64,000 bases of DNA, from the NCBI RefSeq assembly GCF_001194135.2, contig NC_068986.1, positions 501,389 to 565,388 of the forward strand, written 5' to 3'. This document shows positions 24,241 to 35,620 of the stretch, one piece after another; the first letter of the stretch is position 1, and every line of letters starts with the position of its first letter. The notes beneath the pieces are model-generated. The model was given only the letters and a program-made list of their open reading frames with translations. It did not search any database and had not been told where the DNA came from. This stretch comes from Octopus bimaculoides (taxonomy: Eukaryota). The translations under genes and the position numbers were made by a program.

Positions 24241-26219
24241 TTTAATTTTTAGTATTGTTGGATAATTAGCACTAAAATTTTTAATTGACTATATTTTCTA
24301 ACGAAAACATGAGAAGTTGCCCTAACTATTGCACCAGAGTTATTCCCATTTTGCAACCGCCGAGTGGTCACTGGCAGTCAACCAACAAATAATTCCATCT
24401 CTTAACTTGAACTGGCTAAAAGGAATGAACTTTATATGCCAAATAATGTCAATCAGCTTCTGTAGTACCCATACTTGACCACTTAGCATCTGTGTGTGTG
24501 TGTGTGTAAGGTTAGATAAATCATAAAACTAGAGATCGATTGCGAATGAGACTGAGGATCACGGTGAAATAAAGACAGAACAATTGAGTAGATAAAGTGT
24601 AAATATGTAGGAAGATATGGACGATGAACTCTTAGATTCATCGTTCATATCCTGACAGCCCCACTATGTTTTGTGAGGAACAAACCAACAAGCTTTTAAT
24701 GAGTTAAGTTTACGTTAACGTATTTAATGCAGGCTCATAATGCGAGATATAATGTTGCGGTGATGAAAAAACAATCCTCATCGTGGGGGAAAAAATTTAA
24801 TGTTAGGCATTGACTAACATTATTTTGATTTTTTTTTTCAGCAATTTCAGAAAACAACTCTGCACATGTTTTCGCCTTATTAAGCCTCTTCTGTTAAGTA
24901 TAAACTTTAACGTTCTTCCTAAGTAGGTATATAAAAAAAAATCACCTATCAGGTGTGGGTTATTCTATTTATCGTTATATTCAATAAATCGTTATAAATT
25001 GTAAGTAATATATAATTAACGTATAGTTTATTCGCATTAGTACAAACCTAAAATTCTCACATAAATTTATCTTTAGTAAAAGTAAGATTTGCAAGGCTAA
25101 TTAGCTTCATATATACAAACAAGTATTAAGATTTTTTTGTGATGCCCCAACTTGTTGATTAATGCACGTTCAACAAATTTATAGTAAAACACGGTCCACT
25201 TTTATTGCTCAGCAACACCGAGACATTAAATATATTCGATCTAAAACTATGGCTGTTGTTTCAAATTCATATGTTTACGAGAAACATGTTATTTTGCAAG
25301 TGCTTTTTCTCTGATTAATGTAAGCTAAAGGGTTTTAATTATGGTGTTTACGGAACTATAACCAGGAGTCGGTGAATGGCTCTTGAAAAGAAAGAAATTA
25401 TATATTATTGTGGTATTGGGCAATTTAGATGCCGTTATTGCAGAATAAAATTTAATATTCATTTATGATAAACTATGTTTTAATTATTCTTACAAGTTCA
25501 TAAAATGCAAACTGGAAAAAAAACTAAAAGAGCAAAGAAAGTAATAGCAGTGATAAGAAAGAAATGAAAAGTCATAAATGAAAATTATGACGATAAAAAG
25601 TGGAAATAAAAAGACAGAAAAATAATTAAAATTCAAAATAGAAAACTAAGAACTTTATACCTGTAAACAGAATAAGAGAAACGGTGTTGTGGGGCAGGAA
25701 AGCAACGGAAACATGAAAATATTGAAAATATTATGTATGTTCTTTATCGGTAGTCTTTAATTTAGAATAAAAAGTTAATCCTTGAATTCAAGTCTAATAA
25801 TTAGTCTTCCATTTTTATTGTAATATCAATATTTGTAAAGTCAAACAGTCATTTGACTTTCAAATATGTCACCCAAAAATTAGTCTGAAGAAAAACAAAT
25901 AGGAAGGCACACTTTACCATGGAAACTAAAATTCCGTCAATAAATGACCTTTTACTAGAAATTTCATTTTGTCTATATTCTTTACCAATCATAAATAATA
26001 TATAAAAATCTTCTCTGAATTTTATATCACTTTACATATCAATGTTTAAATCAGATTATAATCGAACAGTTTGTTTATTTGTTTGTTTTTCCGAGAAGAA
26101 ATCAATTTTAATCGCTGGAAATCCAATGTGAGGACTATTCATATTTATGAAACATAAAAATTTTCTACGAAACCCATAACAAATACTTCTCATTCGAGAA
26201 AAGAACTAAAGAACTTTTT

Positions 26220-26635
26220 CTTCTACTTTTTGCTTGTTTAAGCCATGGGACTCCGACCATACTGGAGCACCGCCTCGGTTTTCGTCGAACAAATCACCAC
26301 CAGTACTTACTTCTGTTAGGTTTGGTATTTATACTATAGGTTTCTTTTCTCGAAACAAGAAGTTACAGTCGACGTAAACAAACGATGACTGATTGTAAAG
26401 CAGGGCGAGGACAAACACAAAACACGCATGCGCAAACACACACACACACACACACACGTATTACATATAGATGAAGACGAACATGATCCCACCATGTGAT
26501 CAATTTGAAGAATTAAGATATTAAGATATTTTTCTTAGCATGAAACCAATGGTTCAAAGTTCCACGCAATGGGACTGAATCCGGAACCATGTAGTTGGGA
26601 AGAAAGCTTCTTACGACGCAGCCACACCTGCGCCT
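26220..26635 (-). mobile_element. SINE family B, near full length, interrupted
   Basis: Tail CCATACTGGAGCACCGCC..GTCGAACAAATC and head GGGACTGAATCCGGAACCATGTAGTTGGGAAGAAAGCTTCTTACGACGCAGCCACACCTGCGCC. Confidence 0.8.
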
Positions 26636-27014
26636 GATATATATATATATGTGTGTGTGTGTGTATGTGTGTGTGTGTGTGTGTATGTGTGTACCTGTGA
26701 GTGTATATGTATTTAATGTATTTTTGCATGCCTGTGTAAGTACAGATGTATGTGTTTGTATTAATGGATATAAACAATACTTAGATGTATGTATATTTTG
26801 TACACATATATATCTATGTTTGTGTATGTGAGAGAGAATTTAATAAATACAGTTTATTGAGTAGATGCAGGTGTTATGTATATAGTATAATTGAATAGCA
26901 CCATTATTAACTGTATATAACATTATGTACCAACTACGACACTCGACATAACAAGACAGAGTTATATCTTCAGGAACGCAGCAAATTTCCGGTAACAACA
27001 ATAACAACAACAGC

Positions 27015-27200
27015 AATAATAATAATCCTTTATCCTTTCTACTAAAGGCACAACGCCTGAAATTTGAGGGGAGGGGACTAGTCAACTACATTGACTCAAG
27101 TATTTCACTGGTACTCAATTTATCGACCCCGAAAGGATGAAAGGCAAAGTCGACCATGGCGAAATTTGAACTCAGAATGTAGCTGACGACTCTGCAGCTC
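27015..27200 (-). mobile_element. SINE family A
   Basis: ATCGACCCCGAAAGGATGAAAGGCAAAGTCGACC..TTTGAACTCAGAATGTAG with (AAT)n tail. Confidence 0.9.
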
Positions 27201-28324
27201 TTGCTGCTTTAACAACAACAATAATAATAATCATAATAATAATAATAATGATTTAAAATTTTGCCGCAACGGCCAGGACGTAAAGACGGACGAAATCCGG
27301 CTAAGCATTTGGCCTGAGATTTGAATGAGAGCGTCAGTCGATTAAATTGACCTTCAATGCTTGTGACTTGCACTTTGTTTTAACGATTCCGAAAGAATGA
27401 AAAGGTAGAGATGATCAAGGTGGCAACAAAAATCAGTTTGAAAGGAGTTAATTGAATTCCACAAGACATTTTGTCCCACACTCTTCCGATTCTACCATCT
27501 TCCATTCTTTCCAATAATATTGATTTCTGGAATTGACCAAAGACCTCAGCTCCGTGAGTGAAGCGGTAATCCGGGATGTCTGAATCAGGAGGATAAAAGA
27601 AAGCTATAATGATATTATTATACCAGTGGTTATTTGGGTGTTCGAGTAAGCCTAAGTTATATCAAATCTTCCAGTAGTGATATCGGTTGTCTAAGCGTAA
27701 TAAGCATAAACCGTAGCTGACTAAATCGACTGTAGTGTATCATTTGTACTTATTACATCTACTCTGAGTGATGAAGATAAAGTGTTGCCACTTTCTATAT
27801 ACTACAGGACAAGCATTTTATTGATGGCAAGGGAACTGTATTTCGTTATGTGACTACGTCACACTAGTAGGTATATTTGAGGTTTATTAAGTCAATACTG
27901 TGTTTTATCGCGTGTTAACAGCGCTTCAGTTTCATTAGGAGGATACCTCCGTTGATTTCTTATAGAGTTCAAAGCCAGCACTTGTAACGACGTTTCGTAA
28001 ACAAATACGCCAATGTACACAATGCGATCGAAGAAAGAAAAAATAAGTAATGGGTATATATGCATATTTCGATAATTATTGTTCTCTCATGAGCATCTCA
28101 TCCAACCGATCATCTATCCACAATCCCATTGCTAGCTTCAGCAGTGTAACACAATAAGGTAAAACAATATGCATATTTAAACACATTCACATTTGTGACA
28201 ACTGGTATGAATGTTTAATTACTGGTAATGCACCTATACTTCGTAATATTACTACGACACACGACTAAGTATGTTAAACATAGTGGGTACTTAAGCAATG
28301 TAATCATGGATAGTTGATAGGCTG

Positions 28325-28378
28325 GATGAGGTGCTGATGAGACAACAATGATTCTCGAAATATGCATATACATTCATC
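28325..28378 (+). ncRNA. Minimal type-I hammerhead ribozyme, all core nucleotides intact
   Basis: GATGAGGTG-CTGATGA-GA..TC(helix II)-GAA-ATATGCATAT-A-CATTCATC; helix I about 8 bp with one bulge and one G-U, 10-nt palindromic helix III, AUA site. Confidence 0.65.
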
Positions 28379-28640
28379 ACATATCTTTCTGTCTTCGATG
28401 GCATTGTTTATATAGTCGTATTCGTTTACGAAAAGTCGTTAATACAGAGTTGGCTATGAACCCTATAGAAAATCAAGAGACAATCTTATAAGGACAATTA
28501 TTATGACTTATAGAATATTTCCTCCGGTTTTCTACCATTTCTATTTTACCACTCTCTCTGCTAAGATTAATAGTAAAAATGATTTTACTTTGTTTTTGAT
28601 AGGCATTTCTTGTGAACTTCAACGAGACTAACCTGAAAAG

Positions 28641-28865
28641 ATGTCCATGTTAACAAGGAAAGGTACGATGGTTCGGAAAAGCCGCGGCACTCATTCACGA
28701 AGCCAGTCGATGAAACGGACTCCATCACGAGGCGGGTCGACTAAGAGACCTACACCGGGCCTAACACCTGCTATTGTTGTTATGGACAGCACAGAATCAG
28801 AAGACAAGGATTCCTCAACTAACGCTTCATCACCCCCCGCAAAGAATATTGTCGGAACAATTGTG
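28641..28865 (+). CDS. First coding exon of an unidentified host gene (75 aa, basic then Ser/acidic low-complexity N-terminus)
   Basis: Acceptor TTTTACTTTGTTTTTGATAG (exon starts 28603), in-frame TAA upstream of ATG 28641, GC-richer non-repetitive open frame, GTG|GTAAAT donor at 28866; no TE motif recognised. Confidence 0.55.
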
Positions 28866-29403
28866 GTAAATATTTTACGTCGGTTTATTATCTTAAAACA
28901 CCTTTTCCTCTCATTATCCTTATCTGACTTCAATTATTATGAACTATAACACCCAAAAGTGTGACAGTTATTGACCTTCATCTCATATCAACTGTTGTAG
29001 TCTTCCTTTCAAATACCAGAGCGCTATTACAGGGTAGTGTGCTTATACCTCCATTCAATTTAACATAATGTGGTTTTTCTCTATTTTACATGTCTTGTTC
29101 CACGATCAATAATTCCTTTCAGTTGGAAATCTTCCAATAAGGATAATGCCAAAAGGTTAACGGCCTTGGTTATCTAACAAATGCTTGAATTTGATCAACT
29201 TATTATATATTATATTATATTACACTACATGGAATCTACAACAATATTAACAAGGTTTATGTGACTCGAAATATAAGCACGGTAGAAAAGGTAAATCATT
29301 CGAAAGTGAAAATAGATATTCCCTGAAAGCATTTTGTTTAAAGATAATATGTTGAACCTTTTACCAAATTTAACATAATCTATTTGCCTTGATGTATTAG
29401 CAA

Positions 29404-29451
29404 AATAGTGGATTAGCAGAATAGTGGATTAGCAGAATAGTGGATTAGCAG
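29404..29451. repeat. Three perfect tandem copies of the 16-mer AATAGTGGATTAGCAG
   Basis: Seen directly. Confidence 0.95.
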
Positions 29452-29562
29452 AATCGGTAGAGTTTCTTAAGATGGGGCATGGCAATATTTTGATGATCGT
29501 GAGTTACGCCAGATTGGGACATAACTAAATGACAAATAAAAATACAATAACGTTTCCTTTGA

Positions 29563-29623
<61 letters not shown>

Positions 29624-29645
29624 TGTGATAGAGAAAGAGAGAGAG
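29563..29645. repeat. (GT)n-(GA)n microsatellite
   Basis: Seen directly. Confidence 0.95.
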
Positions 29646-29649
29646 AGAG

Positions 29650-30340
29650 TGAGTGTATTTTCGCCTTTTCAAATAGAAGACATACTACAGATATTATGTC
29701 AGAAGTGCTTCTTTCTGGTCGAAATCCACATTGAGACTCGGGCATAAATAGGTTGATATCATGAAGTAGAAAATGTTGGGGGAGAATACGAGAGAGGATC
29801 GTATCGGCGTTATCCAGAAGAGAGATTCTCCTGCTGTCGCTGAACTCTTCACGGTCTCCTTTGTAGATTGGACGATATTGGAGTGTTTGCACGCGCTAGG
29901 TATAGCCTACCCTACCAACAGAGAAGAAATAAAGAGTGAAGATGGTACGTAAGGTAAGGCGCACCATACTTGTTGATCTCACTCAGGATCCCGTCATTAA
30001 TGGGAAACTTCTTGTTTTTGAGACCGTGGATTGCCCTTTGAACCTCATAAATTGTTATTGGGTTGACAAGTTCTGTAGGATAGGACCGTTGGGTCCGTGG
30101 TGTTGGACCGATTTAGAAGTTCTTGAAAATGTTCGACCAACTTATGAAGTATTGCAGTTTTCCTTCTCAGTAAGGTGCCATTGGATGATCTCACCAGAGT
30201 ATTCACCTCTCTGCATGGACCGAAGATTCTCCTAATCGAGTCCTTGAATTCATAAGTTTTCTTCTCCTCTGCATATTTAACACTCGCCGACTGAAGCCAC
30301 ATCAAATATACTCTCAACCATAGTGAACGAGATTCAGTAG
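29650..30340 (-). mobile_element. RTE (BovB-like) LINE, inverted 5' segment (EN-RT linker to early RT)
   Basis: Minus: KYAEEKKTYEFKDSIRRIFGP..EHFQELLNR..EVQRAIHGLKNKK..DGILSEINKYG..IYKGDR..MPESQCGFRPERSTSDII. Confidence 0.85.
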
Positions 30341-31290
30341 GCTGACGATTCAGCTGCACCATCTCATATCTCCGCATCTCTTCAACACATGACGAACACA
30401 ATGGACAGTGTCTATTCTCGGCTCGGTCGTCAAGTAAATCATCGTAAAACTCAAGATTTCCATTCATCCTTCCCGTACTCATCTCCCCTTCACCCTGTCC
30501 TTATTCACGATGCTCCTCTAGCGCAAGCGGATTCATTCTACTGTCTCGGAAGCACGATCTCTAACACTGGATGTCTTGACGAGGAGATACTCCGTCGGAT
30601 CGACTTGGCTTCTACATCATTCGAGGGACTCAGCGAACGAATCTTTCGGCACAAGAACATTGGAGCTAATACAAAAATCTTCGTTTATCGAGTTGTCTGT
30701 GTATCCTTCCTCTGAGTGCTGGACCCTTTATCGGCACCAGATCAGATAACCGGAAGTGTTGCATATCAAATCATTCCAAAGATTTCACACGGAAGGATAA
30801 CGTGTCTCATACTGAGCTCCTCCTGTGGGTTGGAATCTACAGCGTTGAAGCCTGCGTCCTTCGTCGTCGTCTTTGCTGGCTTGACCATGTGATTTGGACG
30901 CTGGGTAACCGGCTCTCAAAATGGTCTTCAACGGGATCGCGACTGGAGGTGGGGCTCATTGACGTCCAAAACTTAATTTTCATGATCATTTCAAGTGGTC
31001 TTTCATATGATACGGCATCCCTTCAGATCGGTTAAAGTCCCTAGATGTTGTAATAGAGCGCTTTGAAACCGAACACAGGAGACTGCATGAAGAAAGGTGG
31101 AGACGTCATCATCAAACCCTGCGTCTGCAGTTCCGGGTCACCTTCAGTTCCCTCAGTTCCATGGGATCTGCCTGTCTCATATCGGTCATGTCAGGCACGT
31201 CCGCTCCTATGAGCAACACTGTACTGGACGCGGTGGAGAATGAATGTATTGGATCGACGCTGTTATCACTTTGGTGGACCGTCATAAGCA
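30341..31290 (+). mobile_element. RTE (BovB-like) LINE 3' half
   Basis: ADDSAA..KTQ..FYCLGSTIS..LDEEILRRIDLASTSF..TKIFVYRVVC..RRRLCWLDHV..C-terminal HIGHVRHVRS zinc-finger-like end. Confidence 0.85.
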
Positions 31291-31376
31291 AAATAAGCAT
31301 ATATATATATATATGTATATATGTGCACGCGCGCGCGTGTGCATATATGTATGTGTGTAAGCATATATATATATAA

Positions 31377-31429
<53 letters not shown>

Positions 31430-31640
31430 TCGAATTTGTGTGAATGTGTATAAAATAATATATCAGTTGAATAAAGTCAAAACATGCTCTAGCTTTCATG
31501 TTTTTATTAAGGCATTTAAACATTAAAAAAATCTTTTGTAATGCTCATAAAGTTAAATTAATACTTTCATACATAGAGTAATCATCAGGTTTCAAAAGTT
31601 GTTTACCTGAGAGTTGAGTTCTTGACAATTGTATGACCTC
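31430..31640 (-). mobile_element. Solo PLE pLTR, paralogue of 44975-45190
   Basis: Colinear similarity with 44975-45190 (ATAATATATCAG..GAATAAAGT..AAACATTAA..TCATAAAGTT..GTAATCATCAG). Confidence 0.75.
31555..31592 (-). ncRNA. Hammerhead ribozyme motif, partly decayed
   Basis: Minus AAAC-CTGATGA-TTACTCTATGTAT-GAA-AGTATT-A-ATTT. Confidence 0.5.
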
Positions 31641-32878
31641 TTAGAACGCTCCAACAAGCTGAATTTTTAGAATACGGTTTTGACCAATCCGTATGCAGTT
31701 TAAAAATCACATAGTGGCGTGTGGGTAAAACACTGTGGTAATGTTTCTCATTATTTTATCCATCTTTCTCTGCTATAAAATCTATTGGCGATTATTTATA
31801 TAATATATTCAAGCTTCTTTCATTTGTTATGTCACTTTACGACCTAAGTTTATAAAGTTTCTCCTGAATCAAATTTGTCTTTCATCATCAGGCAAAAGTA
31901 GTGGAATTGGTTTATTCAACAACACCTACTGCAATATGTAATCTTAAAATCGTTTGTTATTCTTGCTTTACAATTGCATGGTTTTCTTATTTTCACGCTT
32001 CCATATTCTTGTACTATTGCTTTTGCGTCAGGTCGTAATTGATATGTCAATTTGGTGGAGATAGTTTGTAGAGTTATTGTGAAAAACGTTGCCAAACTTT
32101 CAATCTTCAATTACAGATTATTCTATCAATTATACTTAAAACTCACACCTTCTATTTATTGGACTTCATATCACTGTGGAGTTAATAGAAGTGTTTTCAG
32201 AGCTGCACATCCGTTTAATTTGTTTCCATCTCAAATATGTTTTCAGTGAATCGTATTTGATTCTTTTTTTTTTTACAAACAGCCAAGTGAAGAGAAGCTT
32301 TACATTAGGAGAAAAAATACAAAATGTCATTAACAATAAAATTATATGAATTCATTCACTAAGTGAAACCTTAAGAATGTTGTTTGTTGAAGCGGAAATA
32401 TATGTGGAGAAGAAAAATAACCCCCTTTTTTATGTATATTAGAAAGGCAGAGCTGAAAAAAACGGTACAGTAAGGAGCAAGGAGAACTATTAGAAAAAGA
32501 GAAAAAGGGATAGGCAGAGATTGAATCTACCTTTCTCTACTACAAAATCTTTTATTTTCGATTATTTATAAATTGCTTTTTAAGTTTCTTTCATATTGAT
32601 GTTATAATATCTCCAGTCACGATATTCTTCGGTTGACAAACAACAATGACCATGAAGCGTGCCAAGAGATTTCTCCCAAACAACCAATATTGATTAACCG
32701 TGTTACGGATAATGAACTGTAAACTACTGTATTTCCTTCGCATTTCTCATTTTTTCCTTCAATTTTCTCTGTGAATCTTTCTTCTAATTTCATTACCTCC
32801 TCTCAAGAAAAGGAAAGCAATATTTTTTTTTCTTGTAATTGAGTATTTTTCTTGTAATTGAGTATTTTTAGTTTCCAG

Positions 32879-32911
32879 CGCTTCATTTCATGGCATTTTG
32901 CAAAACGAATT
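32879..32911 (+). CDS. Candidate 33-nt internal exon (phase 0: RFISWHFAKRI)
   Basis: TTTTTAGTTTCCAG acceptor and ATT|GTATGT donor; frame-compatible with exon 28641-28865. Confidence 0.25.
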
Positions 32912-34262
32912 GTATGTTCCTTGATGAAGCCAGGGGGTTTCTTGTGTACAAGTTTTAATAAAAAAATGTTTAGTTCTATGTTATTTATCTCAGTTCTCTG
33001 TGAGCAAAATTTAGTTTACATAAAAATGACACGGCTCCAAACTGCAATCGAAACCCTATCTCGAACTCCTCTGCAAGCCTGTAATCTACTTCTCTAAAGT
33101 CACTCCATAAATACATTGTCATTCATAAGACCTAAATTAATGAGTTAATATACACAGACATGCAGCAAGTAAGTAGACACTTTTAATTTTCAAAATCTTT
33201 TATTTGATATTAATTGGTTGAAGATGTTTTCTTCTAGCTGCTCGTCCATAATACCCAAGCTTATGCAGATATGTAATACACGTTCTTGGACTAACATCGG
33301 AGTTATTTTTGCATTTTTTTCTCTCACAGCTGATCATGTTTCTGAAATACAAAACATATATTTAAGCCCTACAAAACATGTCTCACCTGGTTTACAAGTT
33401 AGTCATTTGCAATGATTGTCACACTAAATCAAGCACAGCATGGACATATCTGAAGGCAAATTCCACAAATATGATACGTGTATGATGTCAAGGACCACAG
33501 AAATGTGTTGTTTATTAACATCTAATTGTAAAAAGAACAATTCTGTCATCATCATGACATTTAAAACTGGTTAGATTAAAATAGTGAAAGTTGGATGCTT
33601 TTTATTTACTGAAAATACTCATATCATGACTTATGTTTCCACATTTACTTTAAACAATATTGAAAAACTGAAAAACTTGAAAAACTATTTCCGAAGTTAT
33701 GTCAAAACCCCATACTTAGGTCTGCATTTGATGAAGCCAAATCTAGCCTTAGAAATGTTGAAAAATGGACATTTGAGTTTGTGAAATATTTTGACGTGAT
33801 AGAGCAAAACGGATTTCATTTTTCAAATCAGCACCTCCAAATTACCAGGAAACATGGCTCCAACACTAGACGACAAAACCATGTTCCCCAGTGTAATACA
33901 GGGAAATGAGCGTTGTTTTTTGTTGTCTTGTAATTTATTTTGGCGCTATTTCGATTCAAACAGGAATGGTATAATCGACGTCGAAGTGTCGGCATGTTGT
34001 CCAGTAGACATGGCTGCCAACTTGATCGTGTTTCTGAATATACTTCGACTTGGCAACGACTGTGCAGCCAGAAATGATGGAGTCACTTAATGTCTCATTG
34101 TACTAATTAAACAGTCTGCAATTGATGTTAACATCTTTTTACATTATTTTTGCTTTAGTAATTATTCGTGGCTCGGCCATTATCTTTCATGTGCAACTAA
34201 AATCAGAGATTTTGTTTCGCCCTTTAACTCAGCTTCTGAAACAGTCATTTTTTTCTGTTTTC

Positions 34263-34311
<49 letters not shown>

Positions 34312-34434
34312 CGAATGTTATGGAGTATTGGGCATAAGGTGTCTTTTTCTCCCCATTTCAGAATAATTTGAAATTTCATTTTGAATTTTCATTCGATGTA
34401 AAGTTGTGGCGAAAGAGTCAGCAGAAGTTCATCA

Positions 34435-34567
34435 TTACCTTCAGCCGGAACCGCGTGGAGCCTAGGTGTTTCGCTCATAAACATACACATCGCCCGGTCT
34501 GAGATTCGAACCCGCGATCCCTTGACTGCGAGTCTTCTGCTCTAACCACTAGGCCATGTGCCTCCAC
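34435..34567 (-). mobile_element. tRNA-headed SINE family C 5' part
   Basis: Minus GGCACATGGCCTAGTGGTTAGAGC..GGGTTCGAATCTCAGACCGGGCG: clear Pol III A and B boxes followed by non-tRNA body. Confidence 0.8.
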
Positions 34568-34799
34568 CTTGCTGTTCCTAGCAGGGCTATTTCGTTGGAT
34601 AGTGTATAGTGTTGAGAGTACAAGTACAGCTTCTATGTTTTTGTTCAGGTTTTTTTTTTATCATACTCTATGCTTCAATTATTATTGGTATTATTTTCAC
34701 CTACGTGCTTCGCATTTTCAATACTTCAATTATCATTATCATCATCATCATTATTATTATTACTACTACTAATTGCGTTATCTTTAGCTAGAGATCGTG

Positions 34800-35200
34800 A
34801 TTTCAATTCCTATCTCCATGATGCTTCCTGGTCTTTTAATTTGTTGGTTTCACGGTGGAACGGACCATGTAATTCTATACGGTGCAGGGTCTCTTTTCTC
34901 TCGTTGGCTGTTCTTGATCGGAATTCATGAGCACACTCAAGTCCATTTTTGTTAACTCCTACATTAGCATTAGCAGTATACTGTAGCAGGTCTTCTTTGC
35001 TTTTTACCAAATATTCTGGCATGTTTCTTCTTTCACTGCTGATGCATTTCTGTACGATAATCATCCCACGTCCACCTTTATCCCGCTTCATGTAGATCCT
35101 GTGTACATTTGCCTTAGGGCGGAGGGCACCATACATTTTCATTGTCTTTCGGATAGTGCGATCGAGCTGGTTAATCTCCGCTTGTGTCTATTTCAGGATG
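34800..35200 (-). mobile_element. R4/Dong-type LINE fragment (post-RT)
   Basis: QLDRTIRKTMKMYGALRPKANVHRIYMKRDKGGRGM..ELHGPFHRET..QEASWR. Confidence 0.8.
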
Positions 35201-35249
35201 GATGCACTATGTTGATGGTAGTCTATTATTGTTGTTGTTGTTGTTATTA

Positions 35250-35460
35250 AGGCAGTGAGCTGGCAGTACCGTTAGCATGCCGGACCAAATGCTTAGCGGT
35301 ATTTCTCCCGTTACTCTGTTCTGAATTCAAATCCCGCCGAGGTTGACTTTGCTTTTCAGCCTTTCGGGATCGATCAATGAAACACTGGGGTCGATGTAAT
35401 CGACTAGTGCCCTCGCATCAAATTTCAGCTCTTGTGCCTATAGTAGAAAGGATTATTATT
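35250..35460 (+). mobile_element. SINE family A, full length reference-like copy
   Basis: GGCAGTGAGCTGGCAG A-box head, GAATTCAAATCCC B-box, GAGGTTGACTTTGCTTTTCAGCCTTTCGGG core, GTAGAAAGGATTATTATT tail. Confidence 0.9.
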
Positions 35461-35476
35461 GTTGTTGTTGTTGTTG

Positions 35477-35620
35477 GCAGAATTGTTAAAACGCCAGGAA
35501 AATGCTTACCGCATTTCGTCCGTCTTTACGTTCTGAGTTCAAATTCTACCGAGGTCGACTTTGCCTCTCATCCTTTCGAGATCGATAAAATAAGCACGAG
35601 TTGAATACAGGTGTCGATGA
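35477..35620 (+). mobile_element. SINE family A, 3'-truncated tandem copy
   Basis: GGCAGAATTGTTAAAACGCC..GAGTTCAAATTCTACCGAGGTCGACTTTGCCTCTCATCCTTTCG. Confidence 0.9.

Noticed and set aside
29404-29451. CRISPR-like direct repeats
   Set aside because: The repeats are contiguous with no spacers, in a eukaryotic context with no cas genes.
31862-31895. Minus-strand CTGATGA..GAAA near 31.9 kb
   Set aside because: Spacing does not fit the core; better explained as a simple CCTGA/TCAGG hairpin.
33854-34090. 78-aa ORF as a host exon
   Set aside because: No splice sites; the upstream segment resembles a DNA-transposon terminal region also hinted at near 22680-22740, and it could not be classified.
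34495-34567. Possible tRNA gene on the minus strand
   Set aside because: A and B boxes are clear, but there is no proper acceptor stem or oligo-T terminator and the sequence continues into a SINE body; treated as a SINE head.
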